Source of the DNA: the human T2T-CHM13v2.0 reference genome, Homo sapiens
Assembly: GCA_009914755.4 (NCBI GenBank)
Contig: CP068257.2
Span: 6,272,001 to 6,336,000 of the forward strand
Length of the DNA: 64,000 nucleotides
Direction: 5' to 3'
Part shown: piece by piece, positions 31,895-45,900 of the stretch
Position numbering within the stretch: position 1 is the first letter of the stretch
Layout of the letters: each line of letters starts with the position of its first letter
Translations under genes and position numbers: made by a program
The notes under the pieces: generated by a model
The model's database searches: none
What the model was told of the DNA's origin: nothing
What the model saw: the letters and a program-made list of their open reading frames with translations, nothing else

Positions 31895-32853
31895 TTTCCG
31901 GGCAGACCTCCTGGCTGCACCTGCTGCAGTGCACAGGCCGGCTGAGGTGCACGGGAACCCGCGGGCTGGCGGAGCTCTGCGGGCACCCGGAAACATGCAG
32001 GGAAGGGTGGAAGACAGACATGGTGCCTGCGGCCGGGGGTTGTTGGGGTGGGGGTGGAGGGTGTGGTGATGGTGGTGGTGGGGCCGGAGAGACGAAGAGG
32101 AAGGGGGCGAGGGGGAAGGGGTGAGGGGTGTGCATTTGAGGGGCTGGCTCTCCGGACCTCTCCAGGAATCCCACGGGAACTGGAAGCCGCTCTCTGGGCT
32201 CCCATGCACCTTCAGCAGGGAGAAACCCGCCTGGGAGGGTGGAGTGGAGAGTGGAACTGAACCTCCGTGGGAGTCTTGAGTGTTCCAGGCCCTCTCTCCG
32301 TGTAGGAGGCAGTGCCTGTGGGCCTACAGAGGGCGTTGTGACATCACTCTGCACGGATCACCCGGGTTATGTAACTCTTGTCTAGGCTCTGCCTACGGGG
32401 GCATTGTGACTTATCTCTGCACTGATCACCCAGAAGATGTGACTCTTGTCTAAGCTCTGCCTAGAGGGACACCCAGGTGATGGGACTCTTGTCTAGGCTC
32501 TGTGTATGGGGGCTTTGTGACATGTCCCAATGTCCCCGCGATGGCACTCTCGAAACCTTCGGAGGGCACCCTCCCCAGCCCCATCCCCCACCCCCGGAAA
32601 ATGTGTCCTCCCCTGGGCTGAGTGGCTAGACCTGCAGTCATTGCACACACCGGCTGACGTGCAAGGGAGCCCCCTGGCCTCTCTGTGCCCTTGTGCATCC
32701 GTGCTCAGTACAGAAATATGTCACAAAGCCCCTGTAGGCAGAGCCTAAATAAGAGTTACATCTCCTGGGTGGTCAGTGCAGAGATATGTCATAAATCCCT
32801 GTGTAGGCAAAGCCTAGAGAATTTTACATCACCTCAGCGATCAGTGCAGAGAT
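31895..32853. repeat. Mosaic of short D4Z4-like fragments and beta-satellite monomers in alternating orientations. 31897-~32025 is 5'UTR-like plus far-upstream pieces, DUX4 sense on +. ~32026-32322 is promoter-distal hhspm3-like, antisense on +. 32323-32520 is beta-satellite F. 32521-32700 is an inverted chimera: DUX4 start codon with about 12 codons fused to the 3' flank, with internal deletions. 32701-32853 is beta-satellite R.
   Basis: 31897-31960 (CCGGGCAGACCTCCTGGCTGCACCTGCTGCAGTGCACAGGCCGGCTGAGGTGCACGGGAACCCGC) aligns to the canonical D4Z4 5'UTR in sense. 32026-32322 aligns to block A 9510-9830. 32533-32570 reads CCGCGATGGCACTCTCGAAACCTTCGGAGGGCACCCTCCC, encoding M-A-L-S-K-P-S-E-G-T-L-P (cf. 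DUX4 [12 protein letters not shown]) on +, followed directly by the reverse complement of 3' flank sequence. Confidence 0.7.
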
Positions 32854-33331
<478 letters not shown>

Positions 33332-33952
33332 TCATGAATGGCGGTGAGCCCTGGGACAGCCCGCCCCACCCCGGAAGGGTCCGAGGGCGTCGAGGCCTGC
33401 GGCCGGGGGCTGGTGGTGTGGGGGGGAGGGCGTGGTGATGTTGATGGTGGGGCCAGAGAGACGAAGAGGAAGGGGGCGAGGGGGAAGGCGTGAGGGGGGC
33501 GCGTTTCAGGGATTGGCTCTCCGGGCCTCTCCAGGAATCCCGCGGAAACTGGAAGCCTCTCTCTGGGCTCCCACGAATCTTCAGCAGGGAGAAACCGGCC
33601 TGGGAGGGTGGAGGGGAGTGTGGAACTGAACTTCCGTGGTAGTCTTGAGTGTTCCAGGCCCTCTCTCCGTGAAGGAGCCAGTGCCTGTGGGTGTCGCCAT
33701 TGCCGGGACAGTCTCACACACGCAGGCGTGTGGCTCTCGTTCATTTCCACGTAGGAGACAAGAGCGAGAGAAGATGCCTCCACAGCGTGAAGGCTTGACG
33801 ATGGATTCCCGTGTGCGGCAACATGGGGAGTCTGCAGGTTGGCCGGTTTGGAAACTGGCAAGGAGTGCAAAGGCACCATGGCGGCCTTCTACCCTTCCCT
33901 GCATGTTTCTGGGTGCCCGCAGACCTCCAGGAGCAAACAGTCAGCATGACAC

Positions 33953-36900
33953 ATCTCTGAATTGATCAACAAAGTGATGTAACTCTTGTCAAGGCTCTTC
34001 CTACACGGGAATTCTCAGATATCTCTGCACTGAACACCCAGATGACGGACCCTTGTCTTGGATCTGCCTATGGGGGCATTGTGACATATCTCTGCACTGA
34101 ACACCCAGGTGATGTAACTGTTGTATAAGTTCTGCCTACAGGGGAATTGTGAGAGATCTCGCCACTGATCACCCAAGTCATGTAACTATAGTCTAGGCTT
34201 TGCCTAAAGGGGGCTTTTTGACATACATTTGCACTGATCAACCAGGTGATGTAACTCATCTAAGCTCTGCCTACAGGAGCTTTGTGACATATCTCTGCAC
34301 TGATGACTTAGGTGATGTAACACTTTTATAAGCACTGCCTATAGGGAATTTTGACAAATCTCTGCACTGATCACCTAGGTGATGTAACTCTTGTCTACCC
34401 TCAGCCCAAAGGGGGCATTGCGATATATCTCTGCATTGATCACCCAGGTGTTTCAACTCTTGTCTTGGATCTGCCTACAGGGGTTATTGTGAAATATCTC
34501 CGCACTGATCAACTAGGTGATGTAAGTCTTGTCTAGTCTCTGCCTACAGGGTCGTTTTCACATGTCCCTAAACTGATGACAAAGGTGATGTAGCCCTACT
34601 CTAGGCTCTGCCAACAGGGACGTTTTCACATATCCCTGAACTGATGACAAAGGTGGTGTAACTCTTGCCTAGGCTTTGCCTACAGGGGACATTGTGACAT
34701 ATCTCTGCACTGATCTCCCAGGTGCTGTAACTTTAATATAGGCTCTGGCTACACGGCATTGTGACATATCACCGCACTGATCACCCGGTGATATAACTCT
34801 TGTCTAGGCTCTGCCTACAGGGGGCTTGTGACATATCTCTGCAGTGATCACCCAGGTGATATAACTCTTCTCTAGGATCTGCCTACAGGGTTCTTTGTGA
34901 CATATCCCTGCAATGATCACCCAGGTGATATACCACTTGTCAAGGCTCTGCCTACAGGGGCATTGCATTGTATCATGACACTGATCACCTATGTGATGTA
35001 ACCCTTGTCTAGGCTCTGCCTACAGTGGCATTGTGACATATCTCTGCACTGATCACCCAGGTGATATAACTCTTCTCTAGGATCTTCCTACAGGGTGCTT
35101 TGTGACATATCCCTGCAATGATCACCCAGGTGATGTACCACTTCTCGAGGCTCTGCCTACAGGGACATTGTGATGTATCTCTGCACTGATCACCTAGGTC
35201 ATGTAATTCTTGTCTAGGCTCTGCCTACAGTGGCATTGTGACATATCTCTGCCCTGATCATCCAAGTGATGTAACCCTTGTCTAGGATCTGCCTAAAGGA
35301 ATTATGTGACATAAGTCTGCACTGATCATCCAGGTGATGGGGCTTTTGTCTAGGCTCTGCCTAAGTGGGCATTGTGACATTTTTCTGCACTGATCACTTA
35401 GATGACGGACTCTTGTCTTGGATCTGCCTATGGGGGCATTGGGACATATCTCTGCAATGATCACCCGGGTGATGTAACTGTTGTATAAGCTCTGCCTACA
35501 GGGGAAATGTGAGAGATCTCACCCCTGATCACCCAAGTGATGTAACTATTGTCTAGGCTTTGCCCACAGGGGGCTTTGTGACATACATTTGCACTGATCA
35601 CCCAGGTGATGTAACTCATCTAAGTTCTGCCTACAGGAGCTTTATGACATATCTCTGCACTGATCACTTAGGTGATGTAACACTTTTATAAGCACTGTCT
35701 ACAGGGAATTTTGACAAATCTCTGCACTGATCTCCTAGGTGATGTAACTCTGGTCTAGGGTCTGCCTACAGGGGGAATTTTGAAATATCTCTGCACTGAT
35801 CAACTAGGTGGTGTACCTCTTGTCAAGGCTCTGCCTACAGAGGCGTTTTCACATATCTCTTCACTGATGACAAATGTGATGTAACATTTGCCTAGGCTTT
35901 GCCTACAGGGGACATTGTGACATATATCTGCACTGATCACCCAGGTGATGCAACTCTTGCCTAGGCTTTGCCTACATGGGACATTGTGACATATCTCTGC
36001 ACTGATCACCCAGGTGATGGAACTCTTCTCTATGGTCTGCCTACAGGGGTCATTGTGACATATCTCTGCACTGATCACCCAGGTGATGCAACTCTTCTCT
36101 ATGCTCTGCCTACAGGGGGCATTGTGACATATCTCTGCACTAATCACCAAGGTGATGTAACTCTTTTCTAGTCTCTGCCTACAGAGGGCGTTCTGACATC
36201 ACTCCGCACAGATAACCCGGGTTATGTAACTCTCGTCTAGGCTCTGCCTAGGGGGAAATTGTGACTTATTTCTGCACTGATCACCCAGGAGATATGAGTC
36301 TTGTCTAAGATATGCCTAGAGGGACATTGGGACATATCTCTGCACTGATCGCTGAGGTGATGTAAAACTTGTCTAGGCTTTGCCTACAGTGGAATTTATT
36401 ACATATCTCTGCACTGATCACCCAGGTGATGTAAGTCTTTCCTAGGCTCTGCTTTCAGGGGGTATTGTGAGATATCTCTGCACTGATCACCCAGGTGATG
36501 TAACTCTTGTCTAGGCTCTGCTTACAGGGGCATTTTAACATATCACTTCACTGACTACCGAGATGATGTAACTCTTGTATAGGCTTCGCCGACAGGGGGT
36601 ATTGAGATATACCTCTGCACTGATCACCGAGGTGATGCAACTCTTGTCTGGGATCTGCTTACAGGGGGCATTGTGACATATCTCTGCCCTGATCACCCAG
36701 GTGATGTAACTCTTGTCTAGGCTCTGCCTACTGGAGATATTGTGACATATTTCCGCACTGATCACCGAGGTGATGTTAGTTTTCTCAAGGATATGGCTAC
36801 AGGGACATTGTGATATGTCACTGCACTGATCACACAGCTGATGTAACACTTGTCTAGGTTCTGGATACAGGGGTCTTGTGACACATCTCTGCACTGATCA

Positions 36901-39900
36901 CCCAGGTGATGTAACCCTTGTCTAGGCTCTGCCAAAACGGGTTATTGTGACATAACTCTGCACTGATCACCCAGGTGATGGGACTCTTCTCTAGGCTCTG
37001 CCTACAGGGGCATTGTGACATATCTCTGCAGTGATCACGCAGGTGATGTAACTCTTGTCTATATCTGCCTACTGGCGGCATTGAGACATATTTCTGCACT
37101 GATCACCCAGGTGATGGACTTTTGTCTTGGATCTGCATACGGGGGCACAGTGACATGTCTCTGCACTGATCACTCATGTGATGTAACGCTTGTCTAAGCT
37201 GCGCCTGAAGGGGAATTGTGACAGATATCTCCACTGATCACCCAGGTGATGTAACAATTTCCTGGGATTTGTCTACAGGGGGCTTTGTGACATATCTTTG
37301 CACTGATCACCCAGGAGATATAACAACCCTTGTCTAGGCTCGGCCTACAGGGGCTTTGTGACATATTTCTGCACTGATCACCCAGGTGATGTAACTCTTC
37401 TCTAGGCTCCACCTACAGGGGGTATTGTAACGTATCTCTGCACTGATCACCTAGGTGATGTAAAATTTATCTAGGCTCTGCCTACAGGTGCGTTTTGACA
37501 TAGCTCTGCACAGATCACCTATGTTATGTAACTCTTGTCCACTCTCTGCCTACAGGGGGCATTGTGGAATATCTCTGCACTGATCACCCAGGTGATGGGA
37601 CTCTTCTCTATACTCTGCCTAGAGGGGGATTTGTGACATATCTCTGCACTGATCACCAAGGTGATGGAAGTCTTGTCTAGGCTCTGTCTATGGACGCATT
37701 GTGTCAAATGTCTGCACTGATCACCCAGGTGATGTACTTCTTTTCCAGGCTCTGTCTACAGGGATTTTTTTGACATATCACTGCACTGATCACCTAGGTG
37801 ATGTAAGCCTTGTATGGCCTTTGCCTACAGAAGGCTTTGTGAAATATCTGTGCACTGATCTCTGAGGTGATACAACTCTTGTCTAGCCACTGCCTACAGG
37901 GGACATTGGTACATATCTCTGCACTGATCAACCAGGTGATGGACTCTTGTCTTAGATCTGCCTACATGTACGTTGTGACAAATCTCTGAACTGATCAACC
38001 AAGTGATGAAACTCTTGTCTAGGCTCTGCCTACAGGGGATTTGTGACACATTTTTGCACTGATCACCCTGGGGAGGGAACTCTTTTCTACGCTCTGCCTA
38101 CAGGAGGCTTTATGACCTATAGCTGCACTGATAACCTAGGTGATGTAACAGTTGTCTAGGCTCTGTCTACCCGGGAATTCTCACATATCTCTGCACTTAT
38201 CACCCAGGTGACGGACTCTTGAGTTGGAACTGCCTATGGGGGCATTGTGACATATCTCTGCACTGATCACCCAGGTGATGTAACTGTTGTATAAGCTCTG
38301 CCTACATGGGAATTGTGAGAGATCTCACCACTGATCACCCAACTGATGTAACTATTGTCTAGGCTTTGCCTACATGGGGCTTTGTGACATAACTTTGCAT
38401 TGATCTCCCAGGTGATGTAACTCATCTAAGTTCTGCCTACAAGAGCTTTGTGACATATCTCTGCACTGATCACTTAGGTGATGTAAAAATTTTATAAGCA
38501 CCTCCTACAGTGAATTTTGACAAATCTCTCCACGGATCACCTAGGTGATGTAACTCTTGTCTACCCTCTGCCCAAAGGAGGCATTGTTGAATATCTCTGC
38601 ACTGATCACGCAGGTGATTCAACTGTTGTCTAGGATCTGCCTACAGGGAGTATTGTGAAATATCTCTGCACTGATCAACTAGGTGATGTAACCCTTGTCC
38701 AGGCTCTGCCTACAGGTGTGTTCACATATCCCTGAACTGATGACAAAGGTGATGTAACTCTTGCCTAGGCTTTGCCTACAGGGGACATTGTGACATATCT
38801 CTGCAATGATCACCCAGGTGATGCAACTCTTCTCTATGCTCTGCCTACAGGGGACATTGTGACATATCTCTGCACTGATCACCCAGGTGATGCAACTCTT
38901 CTCTATGCTCTGCCTACCGGGTGCATTGTGACATATCTCTGCACTGATCACCCACGTGATGTAACTTTTTTCTAGTCTCTGCCTACAGAGGGCGTTGTGA
39001 CATCACTCTGCACGTGTCACCTGGGTTATGTAACTCTCGTGTAGGCTCTGCCTACGGGGGCATTGTGACTTATCTCTGTACTGATCACCCAGGAGATGTG
39101 ACACTTGTCTAAGCTCTGCCTAGAGGGACATTCAGACATATCTCTGCACTGATCGCTGAGGTGATGTAAAACTTCTCTAGGCTATGCCTACAGTGGGATT
39201 TATGACATATCTCAGCACTGATCACACAGGTGATGTAACTGTGGTCTAGGCACTGCTTACAGTGGGTATTGTGAGATATCTCTTCACTGATCACCCAGGT
39301 GATGTAACTCTTGTCTAGGCTCTGCCTACAGGGGCATTTTAACACATCACTGCACTGATCACCGAGATGATGTAACTCTTGTATAGGCATTGCCGACAGG
39401 GGGCATTGAGACATATCTCTGCACTCATCACCGAGGTGAAGCAACTCTTGTCTGGGATGTGCTTACAGGGGGCATTGTGACATATCTCTGCCCTGATCAC
39501 CCAGGTGATGTAACTCTTGTCTAGGCTATGCCTACTGGAGACATTGTGACATATCTCCGCATTGATCACTCAGGTGATGTCACTTTTCTCAAGGATATGG
39601 CTACAGGGACATTGTGACATGTCACTGCACTGATCACACAGATGATGTAACTCTTGTCTAGGCTCTGGCTACAGGGGTCGTGTGACACATCTCTGCACTG
39701 ATCACCCAGGTGATGGGACTCTTGTCTAGGCTCTGCCTACAGGGGCATTGTGACATATCTCTGCAGTGATCACGCAGGTGATGTAACTCTTGTCTATGTC
39801 TGCCTCCTGGCGGCATTGTGGCATATTTCTGCACTGATCACCCATGTGATGGACTCTTGTCTTGGATCTGCCTATGGGGGCAAAGTGACATATCTCTGCA

Positions 39901-42900
39901 CTGATCACTTATGTGACGTAACGCTTGTCTAAGCTGCACATGAAGGGGAATTGTGACAGATATCTCCACTGATCACCCAGGGGATGTAACAATTTTCTGG
40001 GATTTGTCTACAGAGGGCTTTGTGACATATCTTTGCACTGATCACGCAGGAGATGTAACAACTCTTGTCTAGGCTCGGCGTACAGGGGTTTTGTGACATA
40101 TTTCTGCACTGATCACCCAGGTGATGTAACTCTTGTTTAGACTCTGCCTACAGGGGCTTTGTGACATATCTCTGCACTGATCACCCAGTTGATGTAACTA
40201 TTGTCTAGGCTCCATCTACAGGGGGTATTGTTACATATCTCTGTACTGATCACCCAGGTGACGTAACATTTATCTAGGCTCTGCCTACACGGGCGTTTTG
40301 ACATAGCTCAGCAGAGATCACCTAGGTTATGTAACTCTTGTCCACTCTCTGCCTACAGGGGACATTGTGAAATATCTCTGCACTGATCACCCAGGTGATG
40401 CGACTCTTCTCTATACTCTGCCTAGAGGGGGATTTGTGACATATCTCTGCCCTGATCACCAAGGTGATGGAAGTCTTGTCTAGGCTCAGTCTATGGGGGC
40501 ATTGTGTCAAATATCTGCACTGATCACCCACGTGATGTATCTCTTTTCTAGGCTCTGTCTACAGGGATTTTTTTCTGACATATCACTGCATTGATCACCT
40601 AGGTGATGTAAGCCTTGTATGGGCTTTGCCTACAGAAGGCTTTGTGAAATATCTGCACTGATCTCTGAGGTGATGCAACTCTTGTCTAGGCACTGCCTAC
40701 AGGAGACATTGGTACATATCTCTGCACTGATCACCCAGGTGATGGACTTTTGTCTTAGATCTGCCTACATGGACATTGTGACACACCTCTGAACTGATCA
40801 ACCAAGTGATGAAACTCTTGTCTAGGCTCTGCCTACAGGGGATTTGTGACACATCTCTGCACTGATCACCCTGGGGAGGGAACTGTTGTCTACGCTCTGA
40901 CTACAGAAGGTTTTATGACTTATACCTGCACTGATAACGTAGGTGATGTAACACTTGTCTAGGCTCTGCCTACACGGGAATTTTCACATATCTCTGCACT
41001 GATCACCCAGGTGACGGACTCTTGTCTTGGATCGGCCTAAGGGGGCATTGTGACATATCTCTGCACTGATCACCCAGGTGATGTAACTGTTGTATAAGCT
41101 CTGCCTACAGGGGAATTGTGAGAGATCTCGCCACTGATCACCCAACTGATGTAACTATTGTCTAGGCTTTGCCTACATAGGGCCTTGTGACATACCTTTG
41201 CACTGATCTCCCAGGTGATATAACTCATCTAATTTATGCCTACAGGAGCTTTGTGACATATCTCTGCACTGATAACTTAGGTGATGTAACACTTTTATAA
41301 GCACTGCCTACAGGGAATTTTGACAAATCTCTGCACGGATCACCTAGGTGATGTAAATCTTGTCTACCCTCTGCCCAAAGAGGGCATTGTGAAATATCTC
41401 TGCACTGATCACCCAGGTGATTCAACTCTTCTGTAGGATCTGCCTACAGGGGATATTGTGAAACGTCTCTGCACTGATCGACTAGGAGATGTAACTCTTG
41501 TCTAAGCTCTGCCTAAAGGGGCGCTTTCACATATCCCTGAACTGATGACAAAGGTGGTGTAACTCTTGCCTAGGCTTTGCCTACAGGAGACATTGTGACA
41601 TATATCTGCACTGATCACCCAGGTGATGCAACTCTTCTCTATGCTCTGCCTTCAGGGGGCATTGTGACATAACTCTGCACTGATCACCCAGGTGATGGGA
41701 CACTTGTCTAGGCTCTGCCTACAGGGGCATTGTGACATCTCTCTGCAGTGTTAACGCAGGTGATGTAACTCTTTTCTATATCTGCCTACTGGCGTCACTG
41801 TGGCATATATCTGCAATGATCACCCAGGTGATGGACTCTTGTCTTGGATCTGAATATGGGGGCATAGTGACATATCTCTGCACTGATCACTCATGTGATG
41901 TAACGCTTGTCTAATCTGCGCCTGAAGGGGAATTGTGACAGATATCTCCACTGATCACCCAGGTGATGTAACAATTTTCTGAGATTTGTCTACCGGGGGC
42001 TTTGTGACATATCTTTGCACTGATCACCCAGGAGATGTAACAACTCTTGTGTAGGCTCGGCCTACAGGGGCTTTGTGATATATTTCTGCACAGATTACCC
42101 AGGTGATGTAAGTCTTGTTTAGGCTCTGCCTACAGGGGCTTTGTGACATATCTCTGTGCTGATCACGCAGTTGATGTAACTCTTGTCCAGGATCCACCTA
42201 CAGGGGTATTATGAAGTATCTCTGCACTGATCACCCAGGTGATGTAACATTTATCTAGGCTCTGCCTACACGAGCGTTTTGACATACCTCTGGACAGATC
42301 ACCTCAGCTATGTAACTCTTGTCCACTCTCTGTCTACAGGGGGCATTGTGAAATATCTCTGCACTGATCACCCAGGTGATGCGACTCTTCTCTATACTCT
42401 GCCTAGAGGGGGATTTGTGACATATCTCTGCACTGATCACCAAGGTGATTGAAGTCTTGTCTAGGCTCTGTCTATGGCTGCATTTTGTCAAATGACTGCA
42501 CTGATCACCAAGGTGATGTACCTCTTTTCTAGTCTCTGTCTACAGGGATTTGTGTGACATATCATTGCACTGATCACCTAGGTGATGTAAGTCTTGTATG
42601 GGCTTTGCCTACAGAAGGCTTTGTGAAATATCTCTGCACTGATCTCTGAGGTGATGCAACTCTTGTCTAGGCACTGCCTACAGGGGACTTTGGTAGATAA
42701 CTCTGCACTGATCACCCAGGTGATGGACTCTTGTCTTAGATCTGCCTACATGGACATTGTGACACATCTCTGAACTGATCAACCAAGTGATGAAACTCTT
42801 GTCTACGCTCTGCCTACAGGAGGCTTTATGACTTATACCTGCATTGATAACCTAGGTGATGTAACACTTGTCTAGGCTCTGCCTACATGGGAATTCTCAC

Positions 42901-45900
42901 ATATTTCTGCACTGATCACCCAGTTGACGGAATCTTGTCTTGGATCTGCCTATGGGGGCATTGTGACATATCTCTGCATTGATCCCCCAGGTGAAGTAAC
43001 TGTTGTATAAGCTCTGCCTACAGGGGATTTGTGAGAGACCTCGCAACTGATCACCCAAGTGATGTAACGATTTTCTAGGCTTTGCCTACAGGGGGCTTTG
43101 TGGCATACTTTTGCACTGATCTCCCAGGTGATGTAACTCATCTAAGTTATGCCTACAGGAGCTTTGTGACATATCTCTGCACTGATAACTTAGGTGATGT
43201 AACACTTTTATCAGCACTGCCTACAGGGAATTTTGACAAATCTCTGCACGGATCACATAGGGGATGTAAATCTTGTCTACCTTCTGCCCAAAGGGGGCAT
43301 TGTGAAATATCTCTGCACTGATCACCCAGGTGATTCAACTCTTGTCTAGGATCTGCCTACAGGGGGTATTGTGAAATATCTCTGCACTGATCAACTAGGT
43401 GATGTAACTATTTTCTATGCTCTGCCTACAGGGGCGTTTTCACATATCCCTGAACTGATGACAAAGGTGATGTAACTCTTGCCTAGGCTTTGCCTATAGA
43501 GGACCCTGTGACATATCTCTTCAATGCTTGCCCAGGTGATGCAACTGTTCTCTATGCTCTGCCTACAGGGGACATTTTGACATATTCCTGCACTGATCAC
43601 CCAGGTGATGCAACTCTTCTCTATGCTCAGCCTACAGGGGGCATTGTGACATATCTCTGCACTGTTCACCCAGGTGATGTAACTCTTTTCCACTCTCTGC
43701 CTACAGAGGGCTTTGTGACATCACTCTGCACGGATCACCGGGGTTATGTAACTCTCGTCTAGGCTCTGCCTACTGGGGCATTGTGACTTATCTCTGCACT
43801 GATCACCCAGGAGATGTGACTCTTTTCTAAGCTCTGCCTAGAGGGACATTGGGACATATCTCTGCACTGATCGCTGAGGTGATGTAAAACTTGTCTAGGC
43901 TTTGTCTACAGTGAGATTGATGACATATCTCTGCACTGATCACCTAGGTGATGTAACTGTTGTCTAGGCTCTGCTTACAGTGGGTATTGTGAGATATCTG
44001 TGCACTGATCACCCAGGTGATGTAACTCTTGTCTAGGCTCTGCCTACAGGGGCATTTCAACATATCACTGCACTGATCACCGAGAGGATGTAACTCTTGT
44101 ATAGGCTTCGCCGACAGGGGGCATTGAGACATATCTCTGCACTGATCACCGAGGTGATGCAACTTTTTTCTGGGATCTGCTTACAGGGGGCATTGTGACA
44201 TATCTCTCTCCTGATCACCCAGGTGATGTAACTCTTGTCTAAGCTCGGCCTACTGGAGACATTGTGACATATCTCCGCACTGATCATCCAGGTGATGTCA
44301 CTTTTCTCAAGGATATGGCTACAGGGACATTGTGACATGTCACTGCACTGATCACACAGCTGCATTAACTATTTTCTAGGCTCTGGCTACCAGGGTCTTT
44401 TGACACATCTCTGCACTGATTACCCAGGTGATGTAACCCTTTTCTAGGCTCCGTCAAGAGGGGGCATTGTGACATAACTCTGCACTGATCACCCAGGTGA
44501 TGGGACTCTTGTCTAGTCTATGCCTACAGGGGCATTGTGACATATCTCTGCAGTGATCACGCAGGTGATATACCTCTTGTCTATATCTGCCTACTGGCAG
44601 CACTGTGGCATATTTCTGCACTGATCACCCAGGTGATGGACTCTTCCTTGGATCTGCCTATGGGGGCATAGGGACATATCTCTTCACTGATCACTCCTGT
44701 GATGTAACGCTTGTCTAAGCTGCGCCTCAACGGGAATTGTGACAGATATCTCCACTGATCACCAAGGTGATGTAACGATTTTCTGGGATTTATCTACAGG
44801 TGGCTTTGAGACATATCTTTGCACTGATCACCCAGGAGATGTAACAACTCTTGTGTAGGCTCGGCCTACAGGGGCTTTGTGACACATTTTTTGTCACTTT
44901 TTTTTGACATATCACTGCACTGATCACCTAGGTGATGTAAGCCTTGTATGGGCTTTGCCTACAGAAGACTTTGTGAAATACCTGTGCACTGATCTCTGAG
45001 GTGATGCAACTCTTGTCTAGGCACTGCCTACAGGAGACATTGGTACATATCTCTGCACTGATCAACCAGGCGATGGACTCTTGTCTTAGATCTGCCTACA
45101 TGGACATTGTGACACATCTCTGAACTGATCAACCAAGTGATGAAACTCTTGTCTAGGCTCTGCCTACAGGGGCTTTGTGACACATCTCTGCACTGATCAC
45201 CCTGGGGAGGGAACTCTTGTCTATACTCTGCCCACAGGAGGCTTTATGACTTATACCTGCACTGAAAACCTAGGTGATGTAACACTTGTCTAGGCTCTGC
45301 CTACATGGGAATTCTCACATATCCCTGCACTAATCACTCAGGTGACGGATTCTTGTCTTGGATCTGCCTATGGGGGCATTGTGACATATCTCTGCAATGA
45401 TCACCCAGGTGATGTAACTGTTGTATAAGCTCTGCCTACAGGGGAATTGTGAGAGATCTCGCCACTGGTCACCCAAGTGATGTAACTATTGTCTAGGCTT
45501 TGCCAACATGGGGCTTTGTGACATACCTTTGCACTGATCACCCAGGTGATGAAACTCTTCTAAGTTCTGCCTACAGGAGCTTTGTGACATATCTCTGCAT
45601 TGATCACTTGGGTGATGTAACACTTTTATAAGCACTGCCTACAGGGAATTTTGACAAATCTCTTCACTGATCACCCAGGTGATGTAACTCTTTCTTAGGA
45701 TCTCCCTACAGGGTGTTTTGTGACATATCCCTGCAATGATTACCCAGGTGATCTACCACTTGTCAAGGCTCTGACTACAGGGACATTTGGAGGTAACTCT
45801 GCACTGATCACCTAGGTCATGAAACTCTTTTCTAGGCTCACCCTACAGTGGCATTGTGACATATCTCTGCACTGATCATCCAAGTGATGTAACCCTTGTC

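Noticed and set aside
44880-44920. The T-rich tract GACACATTTTTTGTCACTTTTTTTTGACATATCACTGC as a possible regulatory element or insertion.
   Set aside because: It sits where one monomer is shortened and is most simply a small deletion or polymerase-slippage scar within the satellite. It has no flanking features.
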